From a plasmid: a stretch of DNA of 64,000 nucleotides. The stretch lies in sequence record NZ_CP143948.1; one strand, given 5' to 3'. The translations under genes and the position numbers were made by a program. The notes below the pieces were generated by a model, which saw only the letters and a list, made by a program, of their open reading frames with translations, made no database searches and was not told the origin of the DNA. Below, one piece after another: positions 10,869-23,246 of the stretch (position 1 is its first letter; every line of letters begins with the position of its first letter).

Positions 10869-10954
10869 TGCGTTACAGTTACGAATTCAAACCAAAGGCA
10901 GTCGAACTATACATGCAAGTAAAACGCATCAGTTTTTCTCAAAGTTTAGAATAA
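10868..10954 (+). mobile_element. Relic of an IS3-family transposase OrfA N-terminus (28-codon remnant)
   Basis: MRYSYEFKPKAVELYMQ... resembles the conserved YS.EFK..AV..Y start of IS3 OrfA HTH proteins; terminated after 28 codons with no transposase body. Confidence 0.3.
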
Positions 10955-10965
10955 TTATCTTAGTA

Positions 10966-11012
10966 ATATAAAAAACCAGAGAAGTGAGTGTCATCCACTC
11001 AAATCTCTGGTT
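10966..11012 (-). terminator. Rho-independent terminator of the alpha operon (after rplQ)
   Basis: Minus-sense hairpin AACCAGAGA...TCTCTGGTT followed by a U-tract, about 30 nt below the rplQ stop. Confidence 0.6.
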
Positions 11013-11044
11013 TAATTTAGTCTAAGATTTATACCGATTAAATA

Positions 11045-11569
11045 TTAAACTAACTCAAGGAGAACCTCTAAAGCTCCGTCACCTTTACGCTGTCCAATCT
11101 TAACGATTCTTGTGTAACCACCGTTACGATCAGCATACTTAGGAGCGATCTCATCGAATAACTTGTTTGTTACATCGATAGTCTTTGTTCCCTTCTTTGT
11201 GCCGTCAGACTCTTTAGCTGTGTAAAGAACCTTAAGCATCTGTCTTCTGGCATGAAGACGTGAAGCAGAATCCTTCTTGATCTTCTTCTCTACTTCGTCA
11301 TAAACAGTAACTTTCTTTCCGTCTACAACCTCTTTTACTCTCTTGCCATCTTTGTCCTTGCGGGCAACCTTAGCTGTTACAGTAACCTCTTCGAAGTTGT
11401 CTTTCTCTTTTACTGCTAATGCGATAAGACCCTCAGCGATCTTACGAACTTCTTTAGCCTTAGCCTCTGTAGTAACGATCTTTCCGTTAACAAGAAGCTG
11501 TGTAACCTGACCTCTGAGTAAAGCCTTTCTCTGGCTTGATGTTCTGCTTAACTTACGATATTTTGCCAT
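11045..11569 (-). CDS. rplQ: 50S ribosomal protein L17
   Basis: [20 protein letters not shown] start (track ORF begins 5 codons earlier); L17 with a lysine-rich insertion. Confidence 0.9.
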   Translation of the reverse strand: MAKYRKLSRTSSQRKALLRGQVTQLLVNGKIVTTEAKAKEVRKIAEGLIALAVKEKDNFEEVTVTAKVARKDKDGKRVKEVVDGKKVTVYDEVEKKIKKDSASRLHARRQMLKVLYTAKESDGTKKGTKTIDVTNKLFDEIAPKYADRNGGYTRIVKIGQRKGDGALEVLLELV

Positions 11570-11835
11570 TTTAATTTCCTCCATTTGTGGGACATCCGGT
11601 CACGCTCTTCGGTCTTACTGCCAGACATCGTATCTTGTTGTGATAAAGCTTTGCCTTATTTCAAAAAGCAAATGCTCAAATCAGTTGCCACTCATGTATC
11701 AGACACGGTCACGCTCTTTGGTCTTACTGGCCCTGCCGCTATGAGTTTTGTCACACATAAACATAAATATGATATTTAAAATTTATATATGACCAATTTA
11801 TTTAGAAGAATCAGTGCAAGGATTATTCGAATGAA

Positions 11836-12795
11836 TTATTCCTCAGTCTGATTTAACTCTAAACCTAATTCTTTTAATTTTGCTAAAACTTCCTCTAAAG
11901 ACTTGCGACCAAGGTTACGAACCTTCATCATGTCCTCAGGTGTTCTATTGATAAGCTCTGCAACAGTGTTGATTCCTGCACGCTTTAAGCAGTTGTATGA
12001 ACGAACTGAAAGCTCAAGCTCATCGATGTTCATCTCAAGAACCTTCTCCTGAGCATCGTTTTCCTTCTCGACCATAACGTCAACCTGCTGTGCTGCCTCT
12101 GAAAGATCGATGAACAGATTTAAGTGCTCACTTAACACCTTAGCTGCAAGGCTGACTGCCTCGTCCGGCTCCAATGTACCATTTGTAAATACATCTAATG
12201 TAAGCTTATCGTAATCTGTAACCTGACCTACACGGGTATTCTCTACAGTAAGATTAACACGCTCAACAGGAGTGTAGATTGAATCTACAGCAAGAACTCC
12301 GATTGGTGTATCCTCGTTCTTGTTCTTCTCTGCTCCGACATAACCTCTGCCGTTAGTGATTGTAAGCTCCATGTAAAGCTTAGAATCTGCTCCACCATTC
12401 AAGTGTGCAATCTCTAACTCAGGATTCAAAATCTCGATATCTGAATCAACCTGAATATCGGCTGCTGTAACAACGCCTTCACCTTCGAATTCGATATATG
12501 CAACCTTTGGTTCATTTGTAGAACTATTATTGCGAATTGCAAGGTTCTTGATATTCATGATGATTTCTGTAACATCTTCCTTAACACCAGGAATAGAGCT
12601 GAATTCATGTAAAACACCATCAATCTTGACCTGGCTTACTGCAGCGCCCGGTAAAGAAGAAAGCATGATACGTCTTAAAGAGTTTCCAAGTGTTGTACCG
12701 TAACCTCTCTCTAATGGCTCTACAACAAATCTGCCATATGTCTTGTCTTCTGAAATTTCTGCGATTTCAATTTTTGGTTTTTCAAAATCGAACAC
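11836..12795 (-). CDS. rpoA: DNA-directed RNA polymerase alpha subunit
   Basis: 319 aa; [23 protein letters not shown]-terminal domain and C-terminal alpha-CTD. Confidence 0.95.
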   Translation of the reverse strand: MFDFEKPKIEIAEISEDKTYGRFVVEPLERGYGTTLGNSLRRIMLSSLPGAAVSQVKIDGVLHEFSSIPGVKEDVTEIIMNIKNLAIRNNSSTNEPKVAYIEFEGEGVVTAADIQVDSDIEILNPELEIAHLNGGADSKLYMELTITNGRGYVGAEKNKNEDTPIGVLAVDSIYTPVERVNLTVENTRVGQVTDYDKLTLDVFTNGTLEPDEAVSLAAKVLSEHLNLFIDLSEAAQQVDVMVEKENDAQEKVLEMNIDELELSVRSYNCLKRAGINTVAELINRTPEDMMKVRNLGRKSLEEVLAKLKELGLELNQTEE

Positions 12796-12885
12796 TTCAA
12801 ATTCCCTCCTTCTCGGGTATCGTTGTTATATGTTATCAAAGAGTGGATAAGCCGGGAAATAAATCCCCGGCAAATCAACCTAATT

Positions 12886-13479
12886 TTACTTAGAATATAA
12901 CTCGACGATGAGCATCTCATCTACAGGAACATCAATCTGCTCACGTGTAGGTAAGTCTTTTACAGTTCCCTGTAATTTCTCAGCATCTACGTCTAACCAC
13001 TCCGGAACGATTCTTCCGCCAGCTACCTCGACGATATCTTTCATTCTCTGAGTATTCTTTTTGCTCTCTTTAATTTCGATAACATCGCCAGCCTTTACAA
13101 GGTATGAAGGGATGTTAACAACTTTTCCGTTTACTGTAACGAACTTGTGATCAACGATCTGTCTAGCTTCTTTTCTTGTTCTTGCGAAACCAAGACGGAA
13201 AATTACGTTGTCAATTCTTGACTCAAGGATTGTCATAAGGTTAAGACCTGTTAATCCTTTCATCTGATCTGCTTTCTTGTAGTAGTTACGGAAAGGCTTC
13301 TCTAAAACACCATAGATGAATTTAGCTTTCTGCTTTTCTCTTAACTGAAGTCCGTACTCAGACACCTTTCTGTTTGCTCTTGTAAGGTTTCTTCTAGACT
13401 TCTTATCATATCCTAAATAACTTGGCTCTAAACCAAGTGATCTGCATCTCTTAAGTACAGGTACTTTATTAACTGCCAT
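12886..13479 (-). CDS. rpsD: 30S ribosomal protein S4
   Basis: 197 aa S4 sequence; position in the alpha operon. Confidence 0.95.
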   Translation of the reverse strand: MAVNKVPVLKRCRSLGLEPSYLGYDKKSRRNLTRANRKVSEYGLQLREKQKAKFIYGVLEKPFRNYYKKADQMKGLTGLNLMTILESRIDNVIFRLGFARTRKEARQIVDHKFVTVNGKVVNIPSYLVKAGDVIEIKESKKNTQRMKDIVEVAGGRIVPEWLDVDAEKLQGTVKDLPTREQIDVPVDEMLIVELYSK

Positions 13480-13498
13480 TTTAATCTATACCTCCTGA

Positions 13499-13894
13499 TT
13501 AGACTCTTCTACGTTTTGGTGGACGACATCCATTGTGAGGTACCGGAGTAACGTCTCTGATTGATGTAACCTCAAGACCACATGCTGAAAGGGCACGGAT
13601 AGCTGCCTCTCTTCCTGAACCTGGTCCCTTAACGAATACGTCAACTGTCTTTAATCCATGGATTAAAGCTGCCTTTGTAGCTGTTTCTGCTGCCATCTGT
13701 GCAGCATATGGAGTAGATTTCTTTGAACCTCTAAATCCAAGACCACCGGCACTTGCCCATGATAAAGCATTTCCTTCAGCATCTGTTAAAGTAACGATTG
13801 TGTTATTGAAAGATGCCTGAATATGTGCCTGTCCGCGTTCAACGTTTTTCTTTACACGCTTTTTAGTTGTTTTCTTTGCAACATTCTTAGCCAT
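13499..13894 (-). CDS. rpsK: 30S ribosomal protein S11
   Basis: 131 aa S11 sequence. Confidence 0.95.
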   Translation of the reverse strand: MAKNVAKKTTKKRVKKNVERGQAHIQASFNNTIVTLTDAEGNALSWASAGGLGFRGSKKSTPYAAQMAAETATKAALIHGLKTVDVFVKGPGSGREAAIRALSACGLEVTSIRDVTPVPHNGCRPPKRRRV

Positions 13895-14018
13895 ATTTAA
13901 ACTAACCTACTTTCTACTTTCTAAACTTTATTTAAGTTATAATGAAGCTCTGCTTCTTCGTCCGCAGAACTAAACGCGCACTACGTTCAAGTGGCGTTTT
14001 CACTTATTATCTAAGTGA

Positions 14019-14387
14019 TTATTTCTTCTTGTTTGCTACTGTTCTCTTAGGACCCTTGCGAGTTCTTGCATTAGTCTTTGTCTTCTGACCACGAACCGGA
14101 AGTCCTTTTCTATGACGGATACCACGATAGCATCCAATTTCCTGAAGTCTCTTGATATTTAAAGCGATTTCTCTTCTTAAATCACCTTCAACTGTCATTG
14201 TCTCGTCGATAACAGCGCTGATTCTCTTAACCTCGTCATCTGTAAGATCTCTAACACGAGTGCTTGGATCAACATTAGCTGCTTCAAGGATACGGTCTGC
14301 ACTTACTCTTCCGATTCCGTAGATGTAAGTTAAGCCGATTTCTACACGTTTTTCTCTTGGTAAATCTACACCTGCAATACGAGCCAT
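14019..14387 (-). CDS. rpsM: 30S ribosomal protein S13
   Basis: 122 aa beginning [26 protein letters not shown]. Confidence 0.95.
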   Translation of the reverse strand: MARIAGVDLPREKRVEIGLTYIYGIGRVSADRILEAANVDPSTRVRDLTDDEVKRISAVIDETMTVEGDLRREIALNIKRLQEIGCYRGIRHRKGLPVRGQKTKTNARTRKGPKRTVANKKK

Positions 14388-14693
14388 GTGTGTTTACACC
14401 TCCATAATTTTTAGTTATTTACTATAGTAACGATACATCTGCAACTTGACGTATACTCTCCGAAACACATATGTATCTACAGCTACGGTTGCACGTCCTG
14501 AAATGTGTGTAGCCATATGCGCTCCCATATTTGCATTTTGTTCCATATCACTCGGTATTATAATATGAAACCAGAATGCCTCTGTTTATTATGAACAGCG
14601 ATGATAAATATCTCGCTGCAGCCGCACATAATGATGTGAAAAAAGGTTTAATAAACCAAACGCACAAATAACAGGGTCAAATATTTGTACTAA

Positions 14694-14807
14694 TTAACCC
14701 TGTCTCTGCTTATGCTTTGGATTCTCACAGATAATTCTGATGCTTCCTTTTCTCTTGATAACTTTGCACTTTTCGCAAATAGGTTTAACTGATGATCTTA
14801 CCTTCAC
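14694..14807 (-). CDS. rpmJ: 50S ribosomal protein L36
   Basis: 37 aa [37 protein letters not shown] with a GTG start preceded by AAAGGAGG; the track ORF is 26 codons too long. Confidence 0.9.
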   Translation of the reverse strand: MKVRSSVKPICEKCKVIKRKGSIRIICENPKHKQRQG

Positions 14808-14929
14808 AGCAAATCCTCCTTTCTCTATAAAAGTCCTTTTCAGGTACTTTTCCAAAAGTGTCCAGATAGCATTATACACGGACACTTAAGGGAAGTCAAT
14901 ATATTTTTTTAAAAAATCATCTGTAAAAA

Positions 14930-15148
14930 TTACTTATCTCTCCAGATAATTCTGCCCTTTGTCAAATCGTATGGTGACATCTCAATTGTTACCTTATCTC
15001 CCGGTAAAATTCTGATGAAATTCATACGAAGCTTTCCACTGATTGTAGCTAAAATCTGGTGTCCGTTCTCAAGCTCTACCTTAAAAAACGCATTTGGTAA
15101 CTTCTCAACTACAACACCTTCAACTTCGATAACGTCTGCTTTTGACAT
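14930..15148 (-). CDS. infA: Translation initiation factor IF-1
   Basis: 72-aa S1-like OB-fold protein. Confidence 0.95.
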   Translation of the reverse strand: MSKADVIEVEGVVVEKLPNAFFKVELENGHQILATISGKLRMNFIRILPGDKVTIEMSPYDLTKGRIIWRDK

Positions 15149-15195
15149 TTTGATTCCTCCTGTAAATAAATCCTTGGGTTTCGTTATGATTATTA

Positions 15196-15990
15196 TTAGA
15201 TTAGCTCCAGAAATCCGGCTGCTTTTTCATCCTCTGTCAGAGAAAGTATCTCCGGCTTTCCTTTTGTAATAAGTATGGTATTTTCATAGTGTGCCGACAA
15301 CGATAAATCCCCAGTAACCACTGTCCATTCGTCATCCATCCACACCACATGCGGTGAACCTGCATTAATCATTGGCTCAACCGCCAGTGTCATGCCCGGC
15401 TTAAGTCTGAGCCCTTTTCTAAAGCCCTGTGGTCTGAAGTTCGGCACCTCAGGATCCTCATGTAAATGGCTTCCTATGCCATGACCAACAAGGTCATATA
15501 CAACTCCGTATCCAAAAGACTCGGCAAGCTGCTGTATGGCTCCTGAAATATCATACAGTCTGTTTCCCGCAACTGCATTCTTTATTCCTGCAAAAAAACT
15601 GAGACGTGTTCTTTCTATAAGAAGTCTTGCTTCCTCTGAAATCTCTCCTACGCCTACTGTTCTGGCTGCGTCTGAGTGGTATCCTTTGTAGATAACACCA
15701 GCATCAAGGCTCACGATATCGCCCTCCTGTAAGATACGCTCATCAGTCGGGATACCATGCACAACCTCCTCGTTTACTGAAACACATATGGAGGCCGGAT
15801 ATCCGCAATATCCTAAGAAAGACGGCTCGCATCCATAACTACGAATCATTTCTTCGCCCAGCCGGTCCACATCCTTAGTGGACATTCCCGGTTTGATTTC
15901 TTTACCGAGCTGCTGATGAACGGCCGCCAGAATCCTGCCAGCCTCCCTCATCAGCTCTATCTCATGCTCTGATTTGATAGTTACAGACAT
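15196..15990 (-). CDS. map: Type I methionine aminopeptidase
   Basis: 264 aa; metal-ligand D/H/E positions of the MetAP-I fold. Confidence 0.9.
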   Translation of the reverse strand: MSVTIKSEHEIELMREAGRILAAVHQQLGKEIKPGMSTKDVDRLGEEMIRSYGCEPSFLGYCGYPASICVSVNEEVVHGIPTDERILQEGDIVSLDAGVIYKGYHSDAARTVGVGEISEEARLLIERTRLSFFAGIKNAVAGNRLYDISGAIQQLAESFGYGVVYDLVGHGIGSHLHEDPEVPNFRPQGFRKGLRLKPGMTLAVEPMINAGSPHVVWMDDEWTVVTGDLSLSAHYENTILITKGKPEILSLTEDEKAAGFLELI

Positions 15991-15992
15991 TA

Positions 15993-16652
<660 letters not shown>

Positions 16653-16713
16653 TTATACAAAACTTGTTGATAGCACGAATGGAGATACTGAATTCAGTAT
16701 CTCCAATGTACAA

Positions 16714-18033
16714 TTAATCATCTAAAAATCCTTTATAGTATCGAACTCTCATCTGTGATTCAATTTGCTTCAATGTCTCAATAATAACTCCGACAATGAT
16801 GATGATTGAAGTTCCACCAAAGGATACATCTGCGTTGAATACTCCATTGAAGAATATCGGAACAAATGCGATAAACGCAAGTCCAATAGCTCCAATAAAT
16901 ACAATGTAGTTTAATATCTGATTTAAGTAATCGCTGGTTGGCTTTCCAGGTCTGATACCGGGTATAAAGCCACCTGAACGCTTCATATTGTTTGCAATCT
17001 CAAGCGGATTGAATGTAATGTTTGTGTAGAAATAAGCAAATGCTATAATCAACACAATGTAAACAATAAGTCCGATTGAATATACCGGCTCCTTTGGATC
17101 ACACCAGTTAGACTGTGATAATCCTTTTAATATCTTAGAGCCTATTCCATTTCCATTGCCTTTTCCAAGGAAGCTGGCAATGATAACAGGTGTCTGCATA
17201 AGAGACTGTGCAAAGATCACCGGGATAACTCCACTGGTATTTACCTTTAGTGGAATGCATGTCTGCTGACCGCCCATCTGCTTGTTGCCTCTTATTTTGC
17301 TTGAGTACTGTACAGGAATCTTGCGCTGTGCATCCTGAAGCAATACTACAAATACTACCATTGCAGCAATTATTGCTACTATGATAAGACCTGCAACAAT
17401 CGCCTTTGGAACGTTCGCTGCTGAAGCAATGAACTGTGACCAAAGTGTACTTAAATCCTCTGGAATACGTGAAATAATATTGATTGTCAATACTATTGAT
17501 ATTCCGTTTCCAACACCCTTTTCTGTAATACGCTCTCCAATCCACATAAGTACAGCTGAACCTGCTGTAAGTGAAGTAACGACCATAATAACAGTCAATG
17601 GTGTCTTTTCTGTAAGGTAATTTTGTCTGTAAAAACCAATTACCATCATGACTGACTCAAGAAGGCCTAATGCTATTGTAAGATAACGTGTTATCTCAAC
17701 AATTTTCTTTCTGCCATCCTCGCCATCGCGTTGCATCTCTTCAAGCTTAGGTATAGCAATTGTAAGCAACTGCATAATGATTGAAGATGTAATGTATGGT
17801 GTAATATTCAGCGCAAATACTGACATCTGTGAGAATGATCCACCTGTTATAGCATCAACAAAGCCTAAACCATCTGTTGATTTACTGTTTAACCAACTCT
17901 GAAATACGGAGCCCTTGACACCAGGAATCGGAAGCTCGCTTCCGATTCTGATGACAATAAGCATCATGAATGTAAAAAGGATTCTATTACGGACATCCTT
18001 TATTTTAAACGCATTACGGAGTGTTTTAAGCAT
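16714..18033 (-). CDS. secY: Preprotein translocase subunit SecY
   Basis: 439-aa polytopic membrane protein in the canonical spc-operon position. Confidence 0.95.
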   Translation of the reverse strand: MLKTLRNAFKIKDVRNRILFTFMMLIVIRIGSELPIPGVKGSVFQSWLNSKSTDGLGFVDAITGGSFSQMSVFALNITPYITSSIIMQLLTIAIPKLEEMQRDGEDGRKKIVEITRYLTIALGLLESVMMVIGFYRQNYLTEKTPLTVIMVVTSLTAGSAVLMWIGERITEKGVGNGISIVLTINIISRIPEDLSTLWSQFIASAANVPKAIVAGLIIVAIIAAMVVFVVLLQDAQRKIPVQYSSKIRGNKQMGGQQTCIPLKVNTSGVIPVIFAQSLMQTPVIIASFLGKGNGNGIGSKILKGLSQSNWCDPKEPVYSIGLIVYIVLIIAFAYFYTNITFNPLEIANNMKRSGGFIPGIRPGKPTSDYLNQILNYIVFIGAIGLAFIAFVPIFFNGVFNADVSFGGTSIIIIVGVIIETLKQIESQMRVRYYKGFLDD

Positions 18034-18476
18034 TAGATCACCTCTGCTTTTCCACCAAGAGCTTCGATTTTCTCTTTTGCACTAGCACTGAAAGCGTTAG
18101 CCTGAACTGTAAGCTTCTTAGTAAGTTCTCCATTTCCAAGAATCTTTACGCCATCTCTAGGATTCTTAACGATTCCAGCCTCGATTAATGTCTCAACTGA
18201 AACTACTGCATCGTTATCGAATCTCTCAAGAGCTGAAAGATTTATAGGTACGATTGTAAGAGTGTTTCTATTCTTGAAACCTCTCTTAGGCAATCTTCTA
18301 TATAATGGCATCTGTCCACCTTCGAAACCAGGTCTTGGAGCTCCTGAACGAGCCTTCTGTCCCTTGTGTCCCTTACCAGCAGTCTTACCGTTTCCTGAGC
18401 CGTGTCCACGACCTCTTCTGAAATTATCACTATGAACTGAACCCTCAGCCGCTTTTAAATTAGATAAATCCATCAC
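18033..18476 (-). CDS. rplO: 50S ribosomal protein L15
   Basis: 147 aa, Gly/Arg-rich N-terminus. Confidence 0.95.
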   Translation of the reverse strand: MMDLSNLKAAEGSVHSDNFRRGRGHGSGNGKTAGKGHKGQKARSGAPRPGFEGGQMPLYRRLPKRGFKNRNTLTIVPINLSALERFDNDAVVSVETLIEAGIVKNPRDGVKILGNGELTKKLTVQANAFSASAKEKIEALGGKAEVI

Positions 18477-18496
18477 GGTACCTCCTTATTTTATTC

Positions 18497-18679
18497 TTAA
18501 ACTTCTTCTACTTTTACGTATGGTGCTACTTTGCGAACAGCTCCCTGTGTAGCTGCATTGTTTGGTAACTCTACAGTTTTGCCTAACTTAGTAAGACCAA
18601 GAGCCTCAATAGTCTTCTTGTTCTTAGGAACAGCACCGATTGTAGATTTGATTAATGTAACTTTAACTCTATCTGCCAT
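18497..18679 (-). CDS. rpmD: 50S ribosomal protein L30
   Basis: 60 aa. Confidence 0.9.
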   Translation of the reverse strand: MADRVKVTLIKSTIGAVPKNKKTIEALGLTKLGKTVELPNNAATQGAVRKVAPYVKVEEV

Positions 18680-18692
18680 TTTAGCGTTCCTC

Positions 18693-19202
18693 CTAACCTA
18701 AGATTTCTTCTACAGATTTACCACGAAGCTTTGCAACATCCTCAGGGCTTCTTAACTGCTTAAGAGCCTCGATAGTAGCAAGTACTACGTTCTGCTTGTT
18801 GTTTGATCCTAAAGACTTTGTACGGATATTCTGGATACCAGCGATCTCGCATACTGAACGTGCAGGACCACCAGCGATGATACCAGTACCTTCAGGAGAC
18901 TTCTTTAATAATACGGAAGCACCTGTATATTTTCCTGTTACATCATGTGTAATAGAATTGTTCTCGTCTAACTTAACATTTACCATGCTCTTGATGGCGT
19001 CCTCTTTACCCTTACGGATAGCTTCAGGAATTTCTGCTGCTTTTCCAAGACCTGCACCTACATGGCCGTTCTTGTCACCAACAACAACGAGAGCTGTGAA
19101 TCGCATGTTACGTCCACCCTTAACAACCTTTGTTACACGCTTGATGTCAACTACCTGGTCAACTAATTCTAATTGACTAGCGTCAATGATTTCACGTTTC
19201 AT
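18693..19202 (-). CDS. rpsE: 30S ribosomal protein S5
   Basis: 169 aa. Confidence 0.95.
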   Translation of the reverse strand: MKREIIDASQLELVDQVVDIKRVTKVVKGGRNMRFTALVVVGDKNGHVGAGLGKAAEIPEAIRKGKEDAIKSMVNVKLDENNSITHDVTGKYTGASVLLKKSPEGTGIIAGGPARSVCEIAGIQNIRTKSLGSNNKQNVVLATIEALKQLRSPEDVAKLRGKSVEEILG

Positions 19203-19214
19203 GTTTGTCTCCTC

Positions 19215-19583
19215 CTAAAAATCTAAGCCAGCTTCTCTTGCTGCTTCAGCTAATGCTTTAACTTTTCCTGCGTAAATAAAACCGCCTCTATCGAAGACAA
19301 CAGTTGAAATACCTTTATCTAATGCTTTCTTTGCGATTACAGTACCAAGCTTTGCTGCTGCATCTACGTTATTAGTCTTCTCGAGCTCTGCCTTGATATC
19401 CTTGTCAAGTGTTGATGCAGAAACGAGTGTATTTCCAACTGTATCATCAATAATCTGAGCATACATATGGTTATTACTTCTGAATACAGCTAAACGAGGA
19501 CGCTGTGCTGTACCAGCAAGATGATTACGCATTCTGTTATGTTTCTTTACACGAACTTCTGTTCTTGATTTCTTACTAACCAT
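19215..19583 (-). CDS. rplR: 50S ribosomal protein L18
   Basis: 122 aa. Confidence 0.95.
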   Translation of the reverse strand: MVSKKSRTEVRVKKHNRMRNHLAGTAQRPRLAVFRSNNHMYAQIIDDTVGNTLVSASTLDKDIKAELEKTNNVDAAAKLGTVIAKKALDKGISTVVFDRGGFIYAGKVKALAEAAREAGLDF

Positions 19584-19602
19584 TACTTGTCCACTCCTTT
19601 AA

Positions 19603-20142
19603 TTATTTTTTACCAGTCTTACCAACTTTACGTCTAATAACCTCATCAGCATATTTGATTCCCTTGCCCTTATATGGCTCAGGTCTTCTCTTATCTCTGA
19701 TCTCAGCTGCGTACTGGCCAACTTTTTCTTTATCGATACCCTTAATGATGATCTTGTTATCCTGAACCTCTGACTCAAGTCCTTCCGGATCCTCCATCTC
19801 AACCGGATGAGAATATCCTAAGTTAAGAGTAAGTTTCTTTCCAGCCTTAGAAGCTCTGTAACCAACACCGTTAACCTCAAGAGTCTTTGTATAACCCTCA
19901 GTTACACCAACAACCATGTTGTGGATAAGTGTTCTTGTTAATCCATGTAAGGATTTCATTTTCTTCAAATCATTAGGTCTTGTAACTACTACTTCTTCAC
20001 CCTCTAATTTGATATCCATCTCTGATGGAAGAGTTCTCTCAAGAGTACCCTTTGGACCTTTTACAGTCACATGATTATTTTCTGCAATTTCAACTGTTAC
20101 TCCAGCAGGAACTGCGATTGGCATTCTTCCTATACGTGACAT
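19603..20142 (-). CDS. rplF: 50S ribosomal protein L6
   Basis: 179 aa; strong AGGAGGT RBS. Confidence 0.95.
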   Translation of the reverse strand: MSRIGRMPIAVPAGVTVEIAENNHVTVKGPKGTLERTLPSEMDIKLEGEEVVVTRPNDLKKMKSLHGLTRTLIHNMVVGVTEGYTKTLEVNGVGYRASKAGKKLTLNLGYSHPVEMEDPEGLESEVQDNKIIIKGIDKEKVGQYAAEIRDKRRPEPYKGKGIKYADEVIRRKVGKTGKK

Positions 20143-20313
20143 GCCCGTACCTCCTATATTTTGATATTAGGTTAATAGTTATTTAGTATTTCTGACCTTG
20201 TGGTCAGGTTATACTTTAAGATGTTACTTGCTGTATCCCTACTATACATCATGGATGCATCGAATATGGATACGTGATGAAATATACTTAATATAAATTA
20301 AGATCTTTAGGGG

Positions 20314-20718
20314 CTACCAAACGAATGCTAAAACTTCGCCACCAACCTGAAGCTTTCTAGCCTCTTTATCAGTTACGATACCCTGGTTAGTTGAAAGAAT
20401 AGCGATTCCAAGTCCACCAAGTACTGAAGGAATCTCATCCTTGCCTGCGTATACACGAAGACCTGGCTTAGAAATTCTCTTGATGCCTGTAATAACCTTC
20501 TCGTTCTTATCAGCACCATATTTTAATGTAACATGGATTGTCTTGATTTTTCCATCCTCAACGATGTCGTATTTCTCGATGAATCCCTCATCTACAAGGA
20601 TTCCAGCGATTGCTACTTTAATCTTAGAAGCTGGGATGTCTACTGTATCATGTTTTGCAGTATTTGCGTTACGAATTCTTGTAAGCATATCTGCGATTGG
20701 ATCACTTGTCATCATCAT
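20314..20718 (-). CDS. rpsH: 30S ribosomal protein S8
   Basis: 134 aa; the first of three tandem Met codons may not be the true start. Confidence 0.95.
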   Translation of the reverse strand: MMMTSDPIADMLTRIRNANTAKHDTVDIPASKIKVAIAGILVDEGFIEKYDIVEDGKIKTIHVTLKYGADKNEKVITGIKRISKPGLRVYAGKDEIPSVLGGLGIAILSTNQGIVTDKEARKLQVGGEVLAFVW

Positions 20719-20852
20719 AATGAACGATATCCTCCTTAAATATGTTTGTTAATATAGTTATTTATAAAAACAGCTGTTGCTGAAAGGAAGTTCTCTTCGC
20801 ACTAAGCTCACACAGCGCATATGCGCTTGTGTTCACTAAGTTGCTTTCAGGC

Positions 20853-21038
20853 TTACCAGCTAGCTTTTTTAACGCCTGGGATCTGTCCCTTGTATGCTAA
20901 CTCACGGAAGCATACTCTGCAGATTCCGTATTTCTTTAAAACTGAATGTGGACGTCCACAAATTCTACAACGTGTATAAGCTCTTGTAGAGAACTTTGGT
21001 GCACGCTGCTGTTTGATTTTCATACTTGTCTTAGCCAT
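20853..21038 (-). CDS. rpsZ: 30S ribosomal protein S14 type Z (zinc-binding)
   Basis: 61 aa with a CRICGRP..C..C zinc ribbon. Confidence 0.95.
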   Translation of the reverse strand: MAKTSMKIKQQRAPKFSTRAYTRCRICGRPHSVLKKYGICRVCFRELAYKGQIPGVKKASW

Positions 21039-21052
21039 TAGAATTCCTCCGA

Positions 21053-21592
21053 TTATTTAGCGAATGGCATATTGAACTGTGCCAGTAACTCACGTGCCTC
21101 TTCGTCTGTCTTAGCAGTAGTAACGAAGATAATGTCCATACCACGAACCTTATCTACCTTATCATACTCGATCTCAGGGAAGATGATCTGCTCTTTAATT
21201 CCAAGGGCATAGTTTCCACGGCCATCAAATGCGTTAGGGTTAACACCTCTGAAGTCACGTACACGAGGTAATGCTAAGTTGATGAGACGATCTGCAAACT
21301 CGTACATCTTCTCACCACGTAATGTAACCTTACATCCGATTGGCATTCCTTCTCTGATTTTAAAGTTAGCTATAGCATTCTTTGCTTTAGTTGTAACTGC
21401 TTTCTGTCCTGTGATGGCTTCCATATCCTTAACGGCTGCCTCAAGAACCTTAGCGTTTTCCTTAGCTTCACCAACACCCATGTTAACTACGATCTTGTCA
21501 AGCTTTGGAATTTCCATTGCGTTTTTGTATCCGAACTTTTTGATCATTGCGTCCTTGATCTCATTTTCGTACTGTTCTCTAAGTCTACTCAA
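21053..21592 (-). CDS. rplE: 50S ribosomal protein L5
   Basis: 179 aa. Confidence 0.95.
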   Translation of the reverse strand: MSRLREQYENEIKDAMIKKFGYKNAMEIPKLDKIVVNMGVGEAKENAKVLEAAVKDMEAITGQKAVTTKAKNAIANFKIREGMPIGCKVTLRGEKMYEFADRLINLALPRVRDFRGVNPNAFDGRGNYALGIKEQIIFPEIEYDKVDKVRGMDIIFVTTAKTDEEARELLAQFNMPFAK

Positions 21593-21615
21593 TGTCTTAA
21601 TCCTCCTCTCTCCAA

Positions 21616-21927
21616 TTAGTCGATAACCTTGCCTGTTGATTTAGCAAAGCGAACTTTCTTGTCTCCATCCATCTTGAATCCTACACGAGTAGGCTTTCCG
21701 TCATGGATGAGCATTACGTTGGAAGCATCAATTGGAGCCTCCTGATGAACGATACCGCCCTGCTGATTTGACATACTTGGTTTTGTATGCTTAGTAACCA
21801 TGTTGATTCCCTCAACAAGAAGTGTATTGTTCTTTGCGTTTACGGCAATTACCTTGCCCTCATTGTTGATATCTTTTCCAGCGATAACCTTAACAAGGTC
21901 GCCTTTTTTGATTTTCATAGTTGCCAT
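21616..21927 (-). CDS. rplX: 50S ribosomal protein L24
   Basis: 103 aa, KOW motif. Confidence 0.95.
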   Translation of the reverse strand: MATMKIKKGDLVKVIAGKDINNEGKVIAVNAKNNTLLVEGINMVTKHTKPSMSNQQGGIVHQEAPIDASNVMLIHDGKPTRVGFKMDGDKKVRFAKSTGKVID

Positions 21928-21938
21928 TGACGTTCCTC

Positions 21939-22307
21939 CTATAATACTTCCGGAGCCAGAGAAACAATCTTCATGAACTGTTTCTCACGAAGCTCACGAG
22001 CTACTGGTCCAAATATACGTGTTCCTTTTGGAGTTTTGTCATCTTTGATGATTACTGCTGCGTTCTCATCAAACTTTATATAAGATCCGTCTTTACGACG
22101 AGCACCTTTTACTGAACGAACTACTACGGCTTTAACTACATCGCCTTTTTTAACAACACCGCCTGGTGTTGCATCTTTAACAGTAGCAACGATTACATCA
22201 CCGATGTTCGCATATCTTCTGGTAGATCCACCCATAACGCGGATAACAAGTAACTCTTTAGCGCCAGTGTTATCAGCAACCTTGAGTCTGCTTTCCTGCT
22301 GTACCAT
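21939..22307 (-). CDS. rplN: 50S ribosomal protein L14
   Basis: 122 aa. Confidence 0.95.
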   Translation of the reverse strand: MVQQESRLKVADNTGAKELLVIRVMGGSTRRYANIGDVIVATVKDATPGGVVKKGDVVKAVVVRSVKGARRKDGSYIKFDENAAVIIKDDKTPKGTRIFGPVARELREKQFMKIVSLAPEVL

Positions 22308-22325
22308 GCTTGTAGCCTCCTTTTA

Positions 22326-22583
22326 TTATTTTGCTCTTTCCATGATTTCTACAAGTCTCCATCTCTTATCTTTAGATAAAGGTCTTGTTTCCATAACTCT
22401 GACTGTATCACCGATCTTTGCATCGTTTTTCTCGTCATGAGCTTTTAATTTATAAGTCTTCTTAACGATCTTGTTGTAAAGAGGATGTCTTACGTTATCT
22501 CTTACAGCTACAACGATTGTCTTATCCATCTTATCGCTTACAACAACACCAACACGTGTTTTTCTAAGATTTCTTTCTTCCAC
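22326..22583 (-). CDS. rpsQ: 30S ribosomal protein S17
   Basis: 85 aa. Confidence 0.95.
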   Translation of the reverse strand: MEERNLRKTRVGVVVSDKMDKTIVVAVRDNVRHPLYNKIVKKTYKLKAHDEKNDAKIGDTVRVMETRPLSKDKRWRLVEIMERAK

Positions 22584-22613
22584 GGTCTAAAATCTCCTTT
22601 CTGATAGGATAAA

Positions 22614-22826
22614 CTATTCTGCAGCCTTTGCAGTGATAACAGTCTGAATTCTAGCGATGTTCTTACGAACCTCTTTGATTCTTGCTGTGTTATCTAACTG
22701 GTTAGTTGCATTCTGGAATCTTAAATTGAAAAGTTCTTTTTTAGCATCAACGAGCTGTGCCTGTAACTGCTCTACGCTCTGTGCCTGTAACTCTTTAACG
22801 TATGCACTAGTTTTCATTTGACTCAC
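22614..22826 (-). CDS. rpmC: 50S ribosomal protein L29
   Basis: About 67-70 aa; the start may be the internal [10 protein letters not shown]; overlaps the end of rplP. Confidence 0.9.
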   Translation of the reverse strand: MSQMKTSAYVKELQAQSVEQLQAQLVDAKKELFNLRFQNATNQLDNTARIKEVRKNIARIQTVITAKAAE

Positions 22827-23244
22827 CGCCTTCTAAATCTGCACGAGAAACTACTTTACACTTGCAAGGTAATTTGTGTGTAGCAAGACGTAAAGCTTCT
22901 TTAGCTACGTCTTCCGGTACTCCGGAGATTTCAAATAATACTCTACCTGGTTTTACTACAGCTACCCAATACTCAAGGGCACCCTTTCCTTTACCCATTC
23001 GAACACCCATAGGCTTATGTGTTACAGGTTTCTCTGGGAAAATCTTTATCCAAACTTTACCACCACGCTTGATGTAACGAGTCATAGCTACACGGGCAGC
23101 CTCAATCTGATTTGCTTTGATCCAGCATGGCTCAAGTGCTACAATACCGTACTCACCATTTGTGATCTTGTTTCCTCTTGTAGCTTTTCCTGCCATGGAA
23201 CCACGGAACTGTTTACGATGTTTTACTCTCTTAGGCATTAACAT
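22807..23244 (-). CDS. rplP: 50S ribosomal protein L16
   Basis: 145 aa. Confidence 0.95.
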   Translation of the reverse strand: MLMPKRVKHRKQFRGSMAGKATRGNKITNGEYGIVALEPCWIKANQIEAARVAMTRYIKRGGKVWIKIFPEKPVTHKPMGVRMGKGKGALEYWVAVVKPGRVLFEISGVPEDVAKEALRLATHKLPCKCKVVSRADLEGGESNEN

Positions 23245-23246
23245 AA

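Noticed and set aside
17135-17545. 136-aa antisense ORFs inside secY (and similar antisense ORFs inside fusA at 51984-52640, rpoC at 55216-58395, and ORF 63011-63388 across rplL)
   Set aside because: They overlap highly conserved genes in alternative frames, have no RBS and no recognisable domains. They are frame artefacts of codon-biased sequence.
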